64,000 nt of DNA. Origin: Clostridia bacterium. GTDB taxonomy: Bacteria; Bacillota; Clostridia; Christensenellales; QALW01. The stretch is taken from NCBI GenBank assembly GCA_045594045.1, contig JAZNXV010000024.1, positions 18,172-82,171 of the forward strand, in the 5' to 3' direction. Each line of letters opens with the position of its first letter. Position 1 is the first letter of the stretch. This document shows, piece after piece, positions 18,856 to 28,401 of this stretch. A program made the translations under genes and the position numbers. The notes under the pieces were generated by a model. It was not told the origin of the DNA. It was given only the letters and a program-made list of their open reading frames with translations, and searched no databases.

Positions 18856-19917
18856 ATGGCAGAAAAGGTTTTAATGAAGGGTAATGAAGCTATTGCAGAA
18901 GCCGCTATTAAAGCAGGCTGCAAGCTTTATTTTGGTTATCCTATTACTCCCCAAACTGAAATTGCCGCTTATATGGCAAAGCGTATGCCCAAAATCGGCG
19001 GTACATTTCTTCAGGCAGAGAGTGAAGTTTCAGCAATAAATATGGTTTACGGTGTTGCGGGCGCAGGTTTTAGAGTTATGACGTCCTCTTCAAGCCCCGG
19101 AATTTCCTTAAAGCAAGAAGGTATTTCGTATATTGCCGGTGCAGATTTGCCCGCTTTAATCGTTAACGTTCAGCGTGGCGGCCCCGGTCTTGGTGGTATT
19201 CAGCCTTCACAGTCTGACTATTTTCAGGCAACAAAGGGCGGCGGACACGGTGACTATCACTTAATCGTTCTTGCCCCTGCTTCTGTTCAAGAAATGGCAG
19301 ATTTAACAGTTAAGGCTTTCGACCTTTCCGATAAATACAGAGTTCCTGCGATGCTTCTTGCTGACGGTACAATGGGTCAAATGATGGAGCCTGTTGAATT
19401 GCCCGAAATTGAAGAAAAAACAGTAGATAAGCCTTGGGCAGTAACGGGAACAAAGATGAAGAGAAAGCACAACGTTATTAACTCTCTGTATCTTAACCCC
19501 GAGAAATTAGAGCAAACCAATATTGAAAGATTTGCCCGCTATAAGCAAATTGAAGAAAATGAATGCTTATGGGAAGAATATATGATGGAGGACGCCGAAT
19601 ACTGTGTTGTTGCCTTTGGTATTGCTGCACGTGTTTCTAAAAACGCTGTTACAGCCGCAAGAAAGGCAGGCATAAAGGTTGGCTTGATTCGCCCCATAAC
19701 ACTTTGGCCATTCCCCACAAAAGCTTTAAGAAGCGCCGCAGATAAGGTTAAAGGCTTTGTTTCCGTTGAGCTTTCAATGGGTCAGATGATAGAAGATATC
19801 AAGCTTGCAACTGAATGCAAGCGTCCCGTAGAGCTTTGCAACCGCAGTGGCGGTATGATTCCCACACCTGAGCACGTGCTCGAAACCATAGAAAAACTTG
19901 TAAAGGAGGCAAAATAA
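18856..19917 (+). CDS. vorB: 2-oxoisovalerate-type 2-oxoacid:ferredoxin oxidoreductase, alpha-type subunit
   Basis: MKGNEAIAEAAI, GYPITPQ, QAESE, TSSSSPG, RGGPGLG.IQPSQSDY. Confidence 0.9.
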   Translation: MAEKVLMKGNEAIAEAAIKAGCKLYFGYPITPQTEIAAYMAKRMPKIGGTFLQAESEVSAINMVYGVAGAGFRVMTSSSSPGISLKQEGISYIAGADLPALIVNVQRGGPGLGGIQPSQSDYFQATKGGGHGDYHLIVLAPASVQEMADLTVKAFDLSDKYRVPAMLLADGTMGQMMEPVELPEIEEKTVDKPWAVTGTKMKRKHNVINSLYLNPEKLEQTNIERFARYKQIEENECLWEEYMMEDAEYCVVAFGIAARVSKNAVTAARKAGIKVGLIRPITLWPFPTKALRSAADKVKGFVSVELSMGQMIEDIKLATECKRPVELCNRSGGMIPTPEHVLETIEKLVKEAK

Positions 19918-20669
19918 TGAAAGTGTTTGAAAAACCGAAGGCTTTAACTGATGCAACCTTTCACTATTGTCCCGGTTGCACTCACGGTATTATTCACCGC
20001 CTTGTAGCTGAAGCTATTGACGAGCTTGGCATTGAAGGTAACACTATCGGCGTTGCTCCCGTTGGCTGTGCAGTTATGGCATATGATTATTTTGCTTGCG
20101 ATATGGTGGAAGCCGCTCACGGCAGAGCACCTGCTATTGCTACAGGCTTAAAGCGCGCAATGCCCGAAAATATCATCTTTACTTATCAAGGCGACGGCGA
20201 CCTTGCTTCTATCGGTATGGCAGAAACAGTACACGCCGCTACAAGAAATGAAAACATCACTATTATTTTTGTTAACAATGCAATTTACGGTATGACAGGC
20301 GGTCAAATGGCACCTACGTCGCTTCCCGGTCAGGTAACACAGACCTCTCCTTACGGTCGTGACGTTTTAACTCAGGGCTTCCCGATTAAAGTAAGCGAGT
20401 TACTTTCCTCCCTTGACGGTCCTGAATATATCGAGCGTGTTGCGGTTAACAATGTTAAAAACATCAGAAACGCCAAAAAGGCCATTTTAAAGGCATTTAA
20501 GAACCAAACCGAAGGAAAAGGCTTCTCACTTGTTGAAATCGTTTCTTCGTGCCCTACAAACTGGGGAATGACGCCCCAGAAGGCTCTTGAATGGATTGAT
20601 GAAAAAATGTTGCCTTATTATCCTTTAGGTGTATATAAGGATAAAAGCGCCGCAAAGAAGGAGGACTAA
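19917..20669 (+). CDS. 2-oxoacid:ferredoxin oxidoreductase, TPP-binding beta subunit
   Basis: YCPGCTHG, HGRAPA, YQGDGD, NNAIYGMTGGQMAP, CPTNWG. Confidence 0.92.
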   Translation: MKVFEKPKALTDATFHYCPGCTHGIIHRLVAEAIDELGIEGNTIGVAPVGCAVMAYDYFACDMVEAAHGRAPAIATGLKRAMPENIIFTYQGDGDLASIGMAETVHAATRNENITIIFVNNAIYGMTGGQMAPTSLPGQVTQTSPYGRDVLTQGFPIKVSELLSSLDGPEYIERVAVNNVKNIRNAKKAILKAFKNQTEGKGFSLVEIVSSCPTNWGMTPQKALEWIDEKMLPYYPLGVYKDKSAAKKED

Positions 20670-20672
20670 AAA

Positions 20673-21209
20673 ATGACAACTCAAATTCTTATTGCAGGCT
20701 TTGGTGGTCAAGGCGTTTTGTTTGCAGGTAAGTTTATTGCATATAAAGGTCTTGTAGAAGGCAAGGAATTAAGCTGGTTGCCCTCCTACGGTCCTGAAAT
20801 GCGTGGCGGTACTGCTAACTGCAGTGTTATTTTAAGCGATACGCCTGTAGGTTCACCGATAGTAGCTAATCCTGACGTGCTTATGGCGATGAATCTTCCT
20901 TCACTTGATAAATATGAAGATGCAACTGTTTCCGGCGGAAGCATTTTTATTGACAGCACCTTAATTAAGCGTAAGGTTAATAGGGAAGATGTTAAGGCAT
21001 TTTATATTCCCGCAACACAAATGGCTATTGATGCAGGCGTTCCTACGTTGGCTAATATGATTATGGTTGGCAAAATGCTTAAAGAAACGGGCGTTCTCTC
21101 CTTTGACGGTATGGTTGATACCTTAAAGAAGATAGTATCAGCAAGGCGTGCTGAATTGCTTGATATGAACTTAAAGGCTCTTGAAGCAGGATATAATTAC
21201 GAAGGTTAA
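20673..21209 (+). CDS. 2-oxoacid:ferredoxin oxidoreductase, gamma subunit
   Basis: AGFGGQGV, PSYGPEMRGG. Confidence 0.92.
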   Translation: MTTQILIAGFGGQGVLFAGKFIAYKGLVEGKELSWLPSYGPEMRGGTANCSVILSDTPVGSPIVANPDVLMAMNLPSLDKYEDATVSGGSIFIDSTLIKRKVNREDVKAFYIPATQMAIDAGVPTLANMIMVGKMLKETGVLSFDGMVDTLKKIVSARRAELLDMNLKALEAGYNYEG

Positions 21210-21224
21210 TCTACTTTTTAAAGC

Positions 21225-21256
21225 AAAAGGCACTTGCGGGTCAAGTGCCTTTTTAT
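21225..21256 (+). terminator. Intrinsic terminator of the ilvE-vor operon
   Basis: AAAAGGCACTTG-cgggt-CAAGTGCCTTTT. Confidence 0.85.
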
Positions 21257-21282
21257 TATATTGTTTTTCCGTTGAATATATA

Positions 21283-21420
21283 TTTTACGTTGAACAAAAT
21301 GTGTTTCTTTGTTATGTGTTACGTTAAGCATAAGGTGCTTCTTGGCTGTGTGTTTTGCGTTAAACGTATGATGCTTCTTTACCGTGTGTTTTTATGTAGA
21401 ACGCAAGAAATATTTTTGTA
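21283..21420. repeat. Degenerate ~35 bp tandem repeat, about 4 units
   Basis: Units such as TTTTACGTTGAACAAAATGTGTTTCTTTGTTATGTG / TTACGTTAAGCATAAGGTGCTTCTTGGCTGTGTG / TTTTGCGTTAAACGTATGATGCTTCTTTACCGTGTG. Confidence 0.55.
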
Positions 21421-21508
21421 GGATGCTCGTATAGTTCCTTTGAATATCAATAATATTTTTTGAATATCAAGCATTTTCTTGTGCTTAAAAAGCTGCAAAA
21501 GGTAAATA

Positions 21509-21539
21509 AAAAAACCACTAGATGAACTAGTGGTTTTTT
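21509..21539 (-). terminator. Intrinsic terminator of the opp operon
   Basis: AAAAAACCACTAG-atgaa-CTAGTGGTTTTTT. Confidence 0.85.
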
Positions 21540-21557
21540 ATTATGCTTTACTATCTA

Positions 21558-23390
21558 TTATTTAATAGTAGTGTACATGATGTACTTATAGCCAAGGGGG
21601 TTGGAATAGAAACCGTCTACGCTGTCATCGATCATGTAAAGGTCGGTGTAGTAGTAGATAGGAACGATACAACCGGTTGACATAAGCATATCTTCTGCAA
21701 TGTGCATGAGCTTATAACGAGTTTCGTTATTTGTGCAGGACTTGATGGTTGAAATAAGAACGTCATAGGTCTGAGCCCAAGTACCGTTTTCAACCTTGAT
21801 GTCGTAACCTAATGCAGTAAGGTCAAGATTGTACATAGCAAGATTTGCATGTGCACCCTTACCAAACTGAATGTCGTTGTTACCGGAGTTTGTGATCCAC
21901 ATATCTAAGAAGCAGATAGGATCATTGTAGTCAGCAACCCAACCATTACGTGCAACGGAGTAATCACCGTTCTTACGAGTGTTAAGGAATGTTGCCCACT
22001 CCTGGTTCTCCATGGTCATTGTGATACCAACGGTACCAAGAGCTGCCTGGAGATATTCACCGATAGCCTTGTGAGCGTCGGAAGTGTTGTAGATGTAGGT
22101 TAATGAAGGAACGTCAGTAAACTTCTTGGTTGCTTCATCATAGGTATAGTACTTTTTAAGAGTTTCAACTGCAGAATTAAAGTTTGCAGTAAATGCGTCC
22201 TTAGCAACGTTATAGTAACCGTCAAAACCGTCATTGTCGCCTGCGGTCTTATAGAACTCGGTACCGTCGGGGTTGGTCATACCCATTGCTACGAAGGAGG
22301 AAGCGGGAACTTCACCAGCCTTGGAAACCTGCTCAACGATGTGGTTACGATCGAAGAGTAAGCCCATAGCTGTACGGATTTCCTGCTGAGCCTTTTCAGC
22401 TTCAACACCAGTAAGTGTTGTGTTAGCAGGAAGAATGTTTTCGTTTACGTTCCAGCATACATAATATGTACCAATCTGACCAACAATCTTGAATTCGTTA
22501 GCATAGTTTGCCTTAAGATTGTCGATTTCCTGGGTGGGAACGTCATCAATAAGCTGCCAAGAATTGTTCTGGAAGTTAGCAAGCATATTGTTTTGATCGT
22601 CGGAGAGATAGCAATTGATCTTGGGCATTGTTACCTTAGCGGCATCGTGATAGTTTTCGTTCTTCTCAAGAACGATAAGGCTATCGTGCTCCCAAGATGT
22701 GATCTTGTAAGCGCCGTTACCAACGTAAGTTGCGGGACTGGTTGCCCAGCCTTCAGAAGCAACAACATCCTCACGAACAGGAGCGTATGTGGGGAATGCA
22801 AGGAGCTCGTTCCAATAAGCAACAGCGTTGTTAAGAGTTACAACGATTGTCTTATCGTCGGGAGCTTCAACAGCAAGCTTAGCATCGGGGTTCTTCTGAA
22901 CTTCGATGGGGTTGCCGTCAGCGTCAACTTCACCGGAAGGTACGGTTTCCCAAATCTCGTTGTAGCCTTTAACTACGTCAAACATATAGCCGTAGTCAGC
23001 ACCAAGAGTATAGGAAGCAGCTCTGTTCCAAGCAAATACGAAATCAGAAGCCTTAAGATCCTTACCGTCGGACCACTTTAAGCCGTCCTTAAGGGTATAG
23101 GTGTAGGTAACTGTACCGTCTTCGTTTGTTACGGGAGCGGTAAGTTCCTTAGCGCAATCGGCAACGATTTCAAGAGTACCGTCTGCCTTCTGACTCCACT
23201 TTGCAAGACCGGAGAAAAGGTGGATAATCATTGTTGCGCCGTCAACTGCAGAGTTAAGTGCGGGGTCAAGTGTATCGGGCTCGGAAGCAAGACAAACAGA
23301 AATCTGTGCTGCTGTGGTCTGCTGAGGAGCACAAGCTGAAAAACCAAGCACCATAACTGCTACGAGAAACAATGAGATGAGTTTTTTCAT
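21558..23390 (-). CDS. oppA: Oligopeptide ABC transporter substrate-binding lipoprotein
   Basis: Lipobox FSAC, EPDTLDP, LKWSDG, GNGAYKI, RNGWVADYNDP. Confidence 0.92.
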   Translation of the reverse strand: MKKLISLFLVAVMVLGFSACAPQQTTAAQISVCLASEPDTLDPALNSAVDGATMIIHLFSGLAKWSQKADGTLEIVADCAKELTAPVTNEDGTVTYTYTLKDGLKWSDGKDLKASDFVFAWNRAASYTLGADYGYMFDVVKGYNEIWETVPSGEVDADGNPIEVQKNPDAKLAVEAPDDKTIVVTLNNAVAYWNELLAFPTYAPVREDVVASEGWATSPATYVGNGAYKITSWEHDSLIVLEKNENYHDAAKVTMPKINCYLSDDQNNMLANFQNNSWQLIDDVPTQEIDNLKANYANEFKIVGQIGTYYVCWNVNENILPANTTLTGVEAEKAQQEIRTAMGLLFDRNHIVEQVSKAGEVPASSFVAMGMTNPDGTEFYKTAGDNDGFDGYYNVAKDAFTANFNSAVETLKKYYTYDEATKKFTDVPSLTYIYNTSDAHKAIGEYLQAALGTVGITMTMENQEWATFLNTRKNGDYSVARNGWVADYNDPICFLDMWITNSGNNDIQFGKGAHANLAMYNLDLTALGYDIKVENGTWAQTYDVLISTIKSCTNNETRYKLMHIAEDMLMSTGCIVPIYYYTDLYMIDDSVDGFYSNPLGYKYIMYTTIK

Positions 23391-23481
23391 GATTCTAGTT
23401 TCCTTTCAAATTTTATTTTTATATTCTCCGCACCTTGGGGCGACAAACCCAAGGCGGTGAACATCAAAGAAGATAATGCCG

Positions 23482-24465
23482 TCAGCCTATTTCGTTCAGG
23501 CGGTGGCAAGCAACAAAGTGACCGTTTTCAACTTCCTTAAGCTCGGGCATTGATTGCGCACAAGCATCGGTTGCATGAGGACAACGTGTGCGGAAAGGGC
23601 AACCTGAAGGAGCATTAAGCGGGCTGGGAATATCACCCTCAAGAACGATTCTCTTATTTGCACGAGCAATAACGGGATCGGGAACGGGTACTGCTGACAT
23701 AAGTGAACGTGAATAGGGGTGAAGCGGATGGTCACATAATTCGTCTGCATCGGCAAGCTCTACCAATTTACCAAGATACATAACTGCGATGCGGTCAGAT
23801 ATATGACGAACAACTAAAAGATCGTGTGCAATAAAGAGATATGTAAGTCCAAGCTTATCTTGAAGCTCGCCAAACATATTGATAACCTGTGCCTGAATTG
23901 AAACGTCGAGAGCAGAAACAGGCTCGTCACAAACGATGAAATCGGGGTTAAGCGCCAAGGATCTTGCGATACCGATACGCTGTCTTTGACCACCGGAAAA
24001 CTCGTGTGCATATCGTGCGGCGTGCTCACTGTTAAGTCCTACGTAATCCATAAGCTCAAGAACGCGTTGAGTACGTTCTTCCTTGCTCGTGTATGCGTTA
24101 TGCACGTCAAGTGGCTCAGCAATAATGTCCGAAACTGTCATACGGGGGTTGAGCGAAGAGTATGGATCCTGGAATACCATAGTTGCGCGCTTGCGGTATT
24201 CGGCAATATCGGCCTTGTTTTTTATTAGTCTACCGTCAAAAATAACGTTTCCTGAGGTTGGCTTATACAAATGAAGAATACTTCTTCCTACAGTTGTTTT
24301 ACCGCAACCTGATTCACCAACAAGACCAAGAGTTTCACCGCGGTTAATTGTAAAGGTAACGTCATCAACAGCCTTAAGGGGCTTTGTTTGGAACGCACCG
24401 ACGTTAATGTTAAAATACTGTTTTAAATGTTGAACCTCAACCAAGGGCTGCTTCTTATTTGTCAT
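23482..24465 (-). CDS. oppF: Oligopeptide ABC transporter ATPase
   Basis: [26 protein letters not shown]-terminal CPFRTRC; ATG 24465 after GGAGG. Confidence 0.93.
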   Translation of the reverse strand: MTNKKQPLVEVQHLKQYFNINVGAFQTKPLKAVDDVTFTINRGETLGLVGESGCGKTTVGRSILHLYKPTSGNVIFDGRLIKNKADIAEYRKRATMVFQDPYSSLNPRMTVSDIIAEPLDVHNAYTSKEERTQRVLELMDYVGLNSEHAARYAHEFSGGQRQRIGIARSLALNPDFIVCDEPVSALDVSIQAQVINMFGELQDKLGLTYLFIAHDLLVVRHISDRIAVMYLGKLVELADADELCDHPLHPYSRSLMSAVPVPDPVIARANKRIVLEGDIPSPLNAPSGCPFRTRCPHATDACAQSMPELKEVENGHFVACHRLNEIG

Positions 24466-25483
24466 TGTTATCATCCTCCGTAGTGGGTTCTACAAGCTCT
24501 ATCGTTCCGGTGTCAAGCTCTCTCTTTACATTTGCAAAGCAGGCAGTCATATGATTTTCGTTTACGGACATGCGTTGAGGGCATTGTGTAAGGCAAATCT
24601 TCATAGCTGCATCACAACGGGGAGCAAAGGGACAACCCTTTGGCATATTTAAAAGGTCGATAGGAGTACCTGTGATAGGCTGAAGCTTCTTTCCAGAATT
24701 CTCAACGGAAGGAATAGAACGCATTAAGCCTTTAGTATATTCGTGGCAGGGATTGTAGAAAATTTCGTCTGCAGTTCCTTGCTCACAGATTGAACCTGCA
24801 TACATTACTATAACCTCGTCGCAAAGTTGAGCAACTACGCCAAGGTCGTGCGTAATCATAATAATAGCCATTCCAAGCTCTTTTTGAAGGTCCTTCATAA
24901 GCTCAAGAATCTGCGCTTGGATAGTAACGTCAAGGGCTGTGGTGGGCTCGTCAGCAATAAGAATGTCAGGCTCACAAGCAAGTGCCATTGCAATCATAAC
25001 ACGCTGACGCATACCGCCAGAAAGTTCAAAAGGATACTGCTTCATTCGTTTTAAGGGCTCATTTACATTAACGAGCTGAAGCATTTCAACAGCACGGTCA
25101 TAAGCCTGTTTTTTATCTCTGTTAGTATGAAGCAGGATTGCTTCCATAAGCTGATGACCGATGGTGTATGTGGGGTTTAAGCTTGTCATTGGGTCCTGGA
25201 AAATAATAGAAATCTTGTTACCGCGAATACGCTTCATAACTTGTTCGTCAGCATTAACAAGCTCTTGACCGTCAAATTTAATTGAGCCGCCAACTATTTT
25301 TCCTGTTCCTGCAAGAATTTGCATAATTGAATATGCGGTAACAGATTTACCAGAGCCGGATTCACCAACTATACCTAATACTTTACCGCGTTCAAGGTTA
25401 AAGGAGATACCGTTAACCGCCTTTACTTCGCCGGCAGGGGTGAAGAAGGAGGTTCTAAGGTCCCTTACTTCTAAAAGTGCCAT
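24455..25483 (-). CDS. oppD: Oligopeptide ABC transporter ATPase
   Basis: [24 protein letters not shown]. Confidence 0.93.
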   Translation of the reverse strand: MALLEVRDLRTSFFTPAGEVKAVNGISFNLERGKVLGIVGESGSGKSVTAYSIMQILAGTGKIVGGSIKFDGQELVNADEQVMKRIRGNKISIIFQDPMTSLNPTYTIGHQLMEAILLHTNRDKKQAYDRAVEMLQLVNVNEPLKRMKQYPFELSGGMRQRVMIAMALACEPDILIADEPTTALDVTIQAQILELMKDLQKELGMAIIMITHDLGVVAQLCDEVIVMYAGSICEQGTADEIFYNPCHEYTKGLMRSIPSVENSGKKLQPITGTPIDLLNMPKGCPFAPRCDAAMKICLTQCPQRMSVNENHMTACFANVKRELDTGTIELVEPTTEDDNNDK

Positions 25484-25497
25484 AAAACATATCCTCC

Positions 25498-26556
25498 TTA
25501 ATTCTTAAGCTTTGGATCGAACGCATCGCGCAACCCATCGCCAAGGAGGTTCAAGGAAAGAACGATAAGCGAAATTACTACTGCAGGAATTATCAAACGG
25601 TAGGAGTGTGACATAATTCCGTTAAGTGCATCTGAAGCGAGTGAGCCTAATGAAGGCATAGGTGCGTTTACACCAAGACCAAGGAAGGACAAAAAGCTCT
25701 CTGTAAATATAGCAGAGGGAATCTGCAGTGCCGTAGAAATAATAACAACGGAAATGCAGTTGGGGATAAGGTGCTTTCTGATAATCCAGCCTGCTTTAGC
25801 ACCTGTTGTTCTTGCGGCAAGAACGTATTCCTGCTCACGCAAGGAAAGTATCTGTCCACGGATAAGACGTGCCATTGATACCCAATAAAGTAACGCGAAT
25901 ACTACGAAAAGCGCTATCATATTCGTACCTAATTTTGCAAGGGCGGTACCGGCAATTATGGGCTCTAACACAAGCTTAATACTTGATGCAAGAAGAATAA
26001 CCATCAAGGTATCGGGTAAGGAATAGATAATATCAGCTATTCGCATTACGATAAGGTCAAACTTGCCGCCGATGTAGCCGGAAAGGGCGCCGATGGTCAT
26101 ACCTATAATAAGAACGATAATACTTGCAAAGAAGCCTACGGTAAGGGAAATTCTTGTTCCGTAAACAACACGGATAAAGTAATCACGGCCTTGACCGTCA
26201 GTACCGAAGATGTGGGGGAACACGCTTTCGCCTGCTTCTATTTTTTTTAGCTCCGTTGCGCCGTAAGCGAAGGGCTTAAGGTTATTATAGCTGGCATCTA
26301 CGGGCTGACCCGGTACAACACCAAGCTGTTGCTCGTAAGAATAAGGCCAAAAAGCAGGGATAACGATGGACATAATTGTTATCAATAATACAACAATAAG
26401 TGAAGCTGTTGCTATCTTGTTGCGAAGAAGACGCTTCATACCGTCCTTAAAGAAGGTGGTAGAGGGGCGCATCTTCACCATATATTCCTTATCTGCCTCC
26501 GATGCGGGATTGAAGGAGTCAAGGTCGACGTGCAAAGTTAAAGTTTTCTTGTTCAT
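25498..26556 (-). CDS. oppC: Oligopeptide ABC transporter permease
   Basis: FGTDGQGRD, EYVLAARTTGA, ESFLSFLGLG, GDGLRDAFDP. Confidence 0.93.
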   Translation of the reverse strand: MNKKTLTLHVDLDSFNPASEADKEYMVKMRPSTTFFKDGMKRLLRNKIATASLIVVLLITIMSIVIPAFWPYSYEQQLGVVPGQPVDASYNNLKPFAYGATELKKIEAGESVFPHIFGTDGQGRDYFIRVVYGTRISLTVGFFASIIVLIIGMTIGALSGYIGGKFDLIVMRIADIIYSLPDTLMVILLASSIKLVLEPIIAGTALAKLGTNMIALFVVFALLYWVSMARLIRGQILSLREQEYVLAARTTGAKAGWIIRKHLIPNCISVVIISTALQIPSAIFTESFLSFLGLGVNAPMPSLGSLASDALNGIMSHSYRLIIPAVVISLIVLSLNLLGDGLRDAFDPKLKN

Positions 26557-26569
26557 CCTTTGTATCTCC

Positions 26570-27499
26570 TTACTCTAAATTGATTCGCGGATCGACAACC
26601 TTGTAAAGAATGTCGCTTACGAGGTTCATAACAACAATAAGTATTGCAAGAACGATGGTAGTTCCCATAACAAGCGGATAATCACGGCCTGTAATGGAGT
26701 TTACAAACGCTCTGCCTACGCCGGGAACGTTGAAAACCTTTTCAACAACCAATGAGCCTGTTACGATATAGGCAAGCATAGGACCAAAGTAAGTGATAAC
26801 GGGAATAAGAGAATTCTTCAAAGCGTGACCGAAAATGATTCTTACCTTTGAAACACCCTTTGCCTTTGCAGTTCGTATGTAATCCTGCCCGAGAACGTCA
26901 AGCATTGAGGAACGCGTAAGGCGGGTGGTATAAGCCATAGGATAAAGGGATAACGTAATTACCGGAAGCACACGACCAGCTACAGTTGAGCCGTTTGCAG
27001 GGAATATAGGAAACTCTATAGCCAAAAGTACCAACAATAATGTTCCCATTATAAATGACGGCATTGAAACGAAAGTAGTGGTAATAACCATTATTATTTT
27101 ATCTATAAGCTTATTGCGGTTCAATGCTGCAACAGCACCGAAAACAACGCCGAAAATCAATGCGATAAAAGCTGCTAAAAGACCCAGGGGAATAGATGTT
27201 TTAAGACCGTCACCGATAATGTCTATAACGTCACGGCCTCTTTCCTTAATAGATGGGCCGAAATCAAACTCTGTAACAATATCCTTAAGATATGTGCCGT
27301 ATTGTTCAAGAAGCGGTTTATCCAAACCGTACTTTGCTTCCAAAGCCTTTTGTACTGCGGGGGAAACAGCCTTTTCACTTGTGAAAGGGCCGCCCGGAAC
27401 AGCGTGCATTACAAAAAATGTGATTGTGATTACCAGCAATACCGTAAACGCGGCCAATAAAATACGTTTTACGATATACCAAGCCAATTTGGAATTCAA
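26570..27499 (-). CDS. oppB: Oligopeptide ABC transporter permease
   Basis: PGGPF, YGLDKPL, DYIRTAKAKG, RDYP, VDPRI. Confidence 0.93.
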   Translation of the reverse strand: MNSKLAWYIVKRILLAAFTVLLVITITFFVMHAVPGGPFTSEKAVSPAVQKALEAKYGLDKPLLEQYGTYLKDIVTEFDFGPSIKERGRDVIDIIGDGLKTSIPLGLLAAFIALIFGVVFGAVAALNRNKLIDKIIMVITTTFVSMPSFIMGTLLLVLLAIEFPIFPANGSTVAGRVLPVITLSLYPMAYTTRLTRSSMLDVLGQDYIRTAKAKGVSKVRIIFGHALKNSLIPVITYFGPMLAYIVTGSLVVEKVFNVPGVGRAFVNSITGRDYPLVMGTTIVLAILIVVMNLVSDILYKVVDPRINLE

Positions 27500-27608
27500 A
27501 ATGTGTTCATCTCCTTATGTGTTTTAAAATGGTCTGGATACAAGACCACGAAATTTAAAAATAACGTGTACAACCAAAAGGGTATAATATAGCAGACTAT
27601 TTTGTATT

Positions 27609-27637
27609 ATTATACAGTTAATGGCTTAAATTGTCAA
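27609..27637 (-). promoter_or_regulatory. Consensus sigma-A promoter of the opp operon
   Basis: Minus strand TTGACA, 17 nt spacer, TATAAT. Confidence 0.8.
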
Positions 27638-27673
27638 CGAATTGTTTGCCGTTTTTTAAATGATTTGTAAACA

Positions 27674-27709
27674 AATACCCACTCTGACTGAAAAATAAGA
27701 GTGGGTATT
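27674..27709 (-). terminator. Hairpin downstream of the glmM/glmU-like pair
   Basis: AATACCCACTCT..AGAGTGGGTATT inverted repeat. Confidence 0.6.
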
Positions 27710-27735
27710 AAACGTATTATTATTTGTGTTGCAGT

Positions 27736-28401
27736 TTATCTTTTTACAACGATATTCGTTTGGGTTTTAACAATACACTGTGCAGGGAACACACCGCGGA
27801 GTGCATTAAGCGGATAAACCTGCGTGTTTTTACCTATTATTGTACCGGGGTTAAGAACGCAGCCACAGCCTACGTAGGCATAGTCACCTAAAATTCCTCC
27901 GATTTTACGCATACCTGTTATATAATCGGTTTCGCCATGGATTACAACGGGCTTGTTATCGGATTTTAGATTTGAGCATATTGAACCTGCGCCCATATGG
28001 GCTTTGTTGCCTAAAACAGAATCTCCTACGTAATTATAATGGGGCACTTGAACGTTGTTGAGGAGTATGCAGTTTTTCAGCTCGCTTGAATTGCCAATGA
28101 CGCAATTTTCACCCGTAATAACGCTTCCGCGTAAAAAAGCGCCCGGGCGGATTTCTGTGCCGTGACCGATTATGCAAGGACCTTCGATGGTAGCGGTGGG
28201 ATAAATTTTAACGTTTTTACCAATCAATATATTATCGCCCATAGGCTTAAAATCATCTAAGCCGTCCTTTAAAAGAAAAAGAATATGATTCTTTATTTCT
28301 TTAATTATATCCCAAGGATATTCACAGCAATCAAACAGTGAGGTTAAGTAGGGGACTGTACAATCAAAAAGCTCCTCGGTTTTTACAAGCTTCTTAAACA
28401 T
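27736..28401 (-). CDS. Left-handed beta-helix acetyltransferase, GlmU C-terminal-like (no nucleotidyltransferase domain)
   Basis: Hexapeptide repeats; IRPGAFLRG, GNSSELKN, PHYNYVGDSVLG, GAGSICSN. Confidence 0.8.
   Translation of the reverse strand: MFKKLVKTEELFDCTVPYLTSLFDCCEYPWDIIKEIKNHILFLLKDGLDDFKPMGDNILIGKNVKIYPTATIEGPCIIGHGTEIRPGAFLRGSVITGENCVIGNSSELKNCILLNNVQVPHYNYVGDSVLGNKAHMGAGSICSNLKSDNKPVVIHGETDYITGMRKIGGILGDYAYVGCGCVLNPGTIIGKNTQVYPLNALRGVFPAQCIVKTQTNIVVKR

Noticed and set aside
16878-21209. ilvE-vor as a catabolic (Stickland oxidative) module
   Set aside because: It lies behind a starvation-induced T-box and AMP-forming ligases, with no ptb/buk-type ATP-yielding genes; the biosynthetic direction is better supported, though unproven
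21283-21470. CRISPR array
   Set aside because: Units are adjacent and degenerate with no unique spacers, and there are no cas genes
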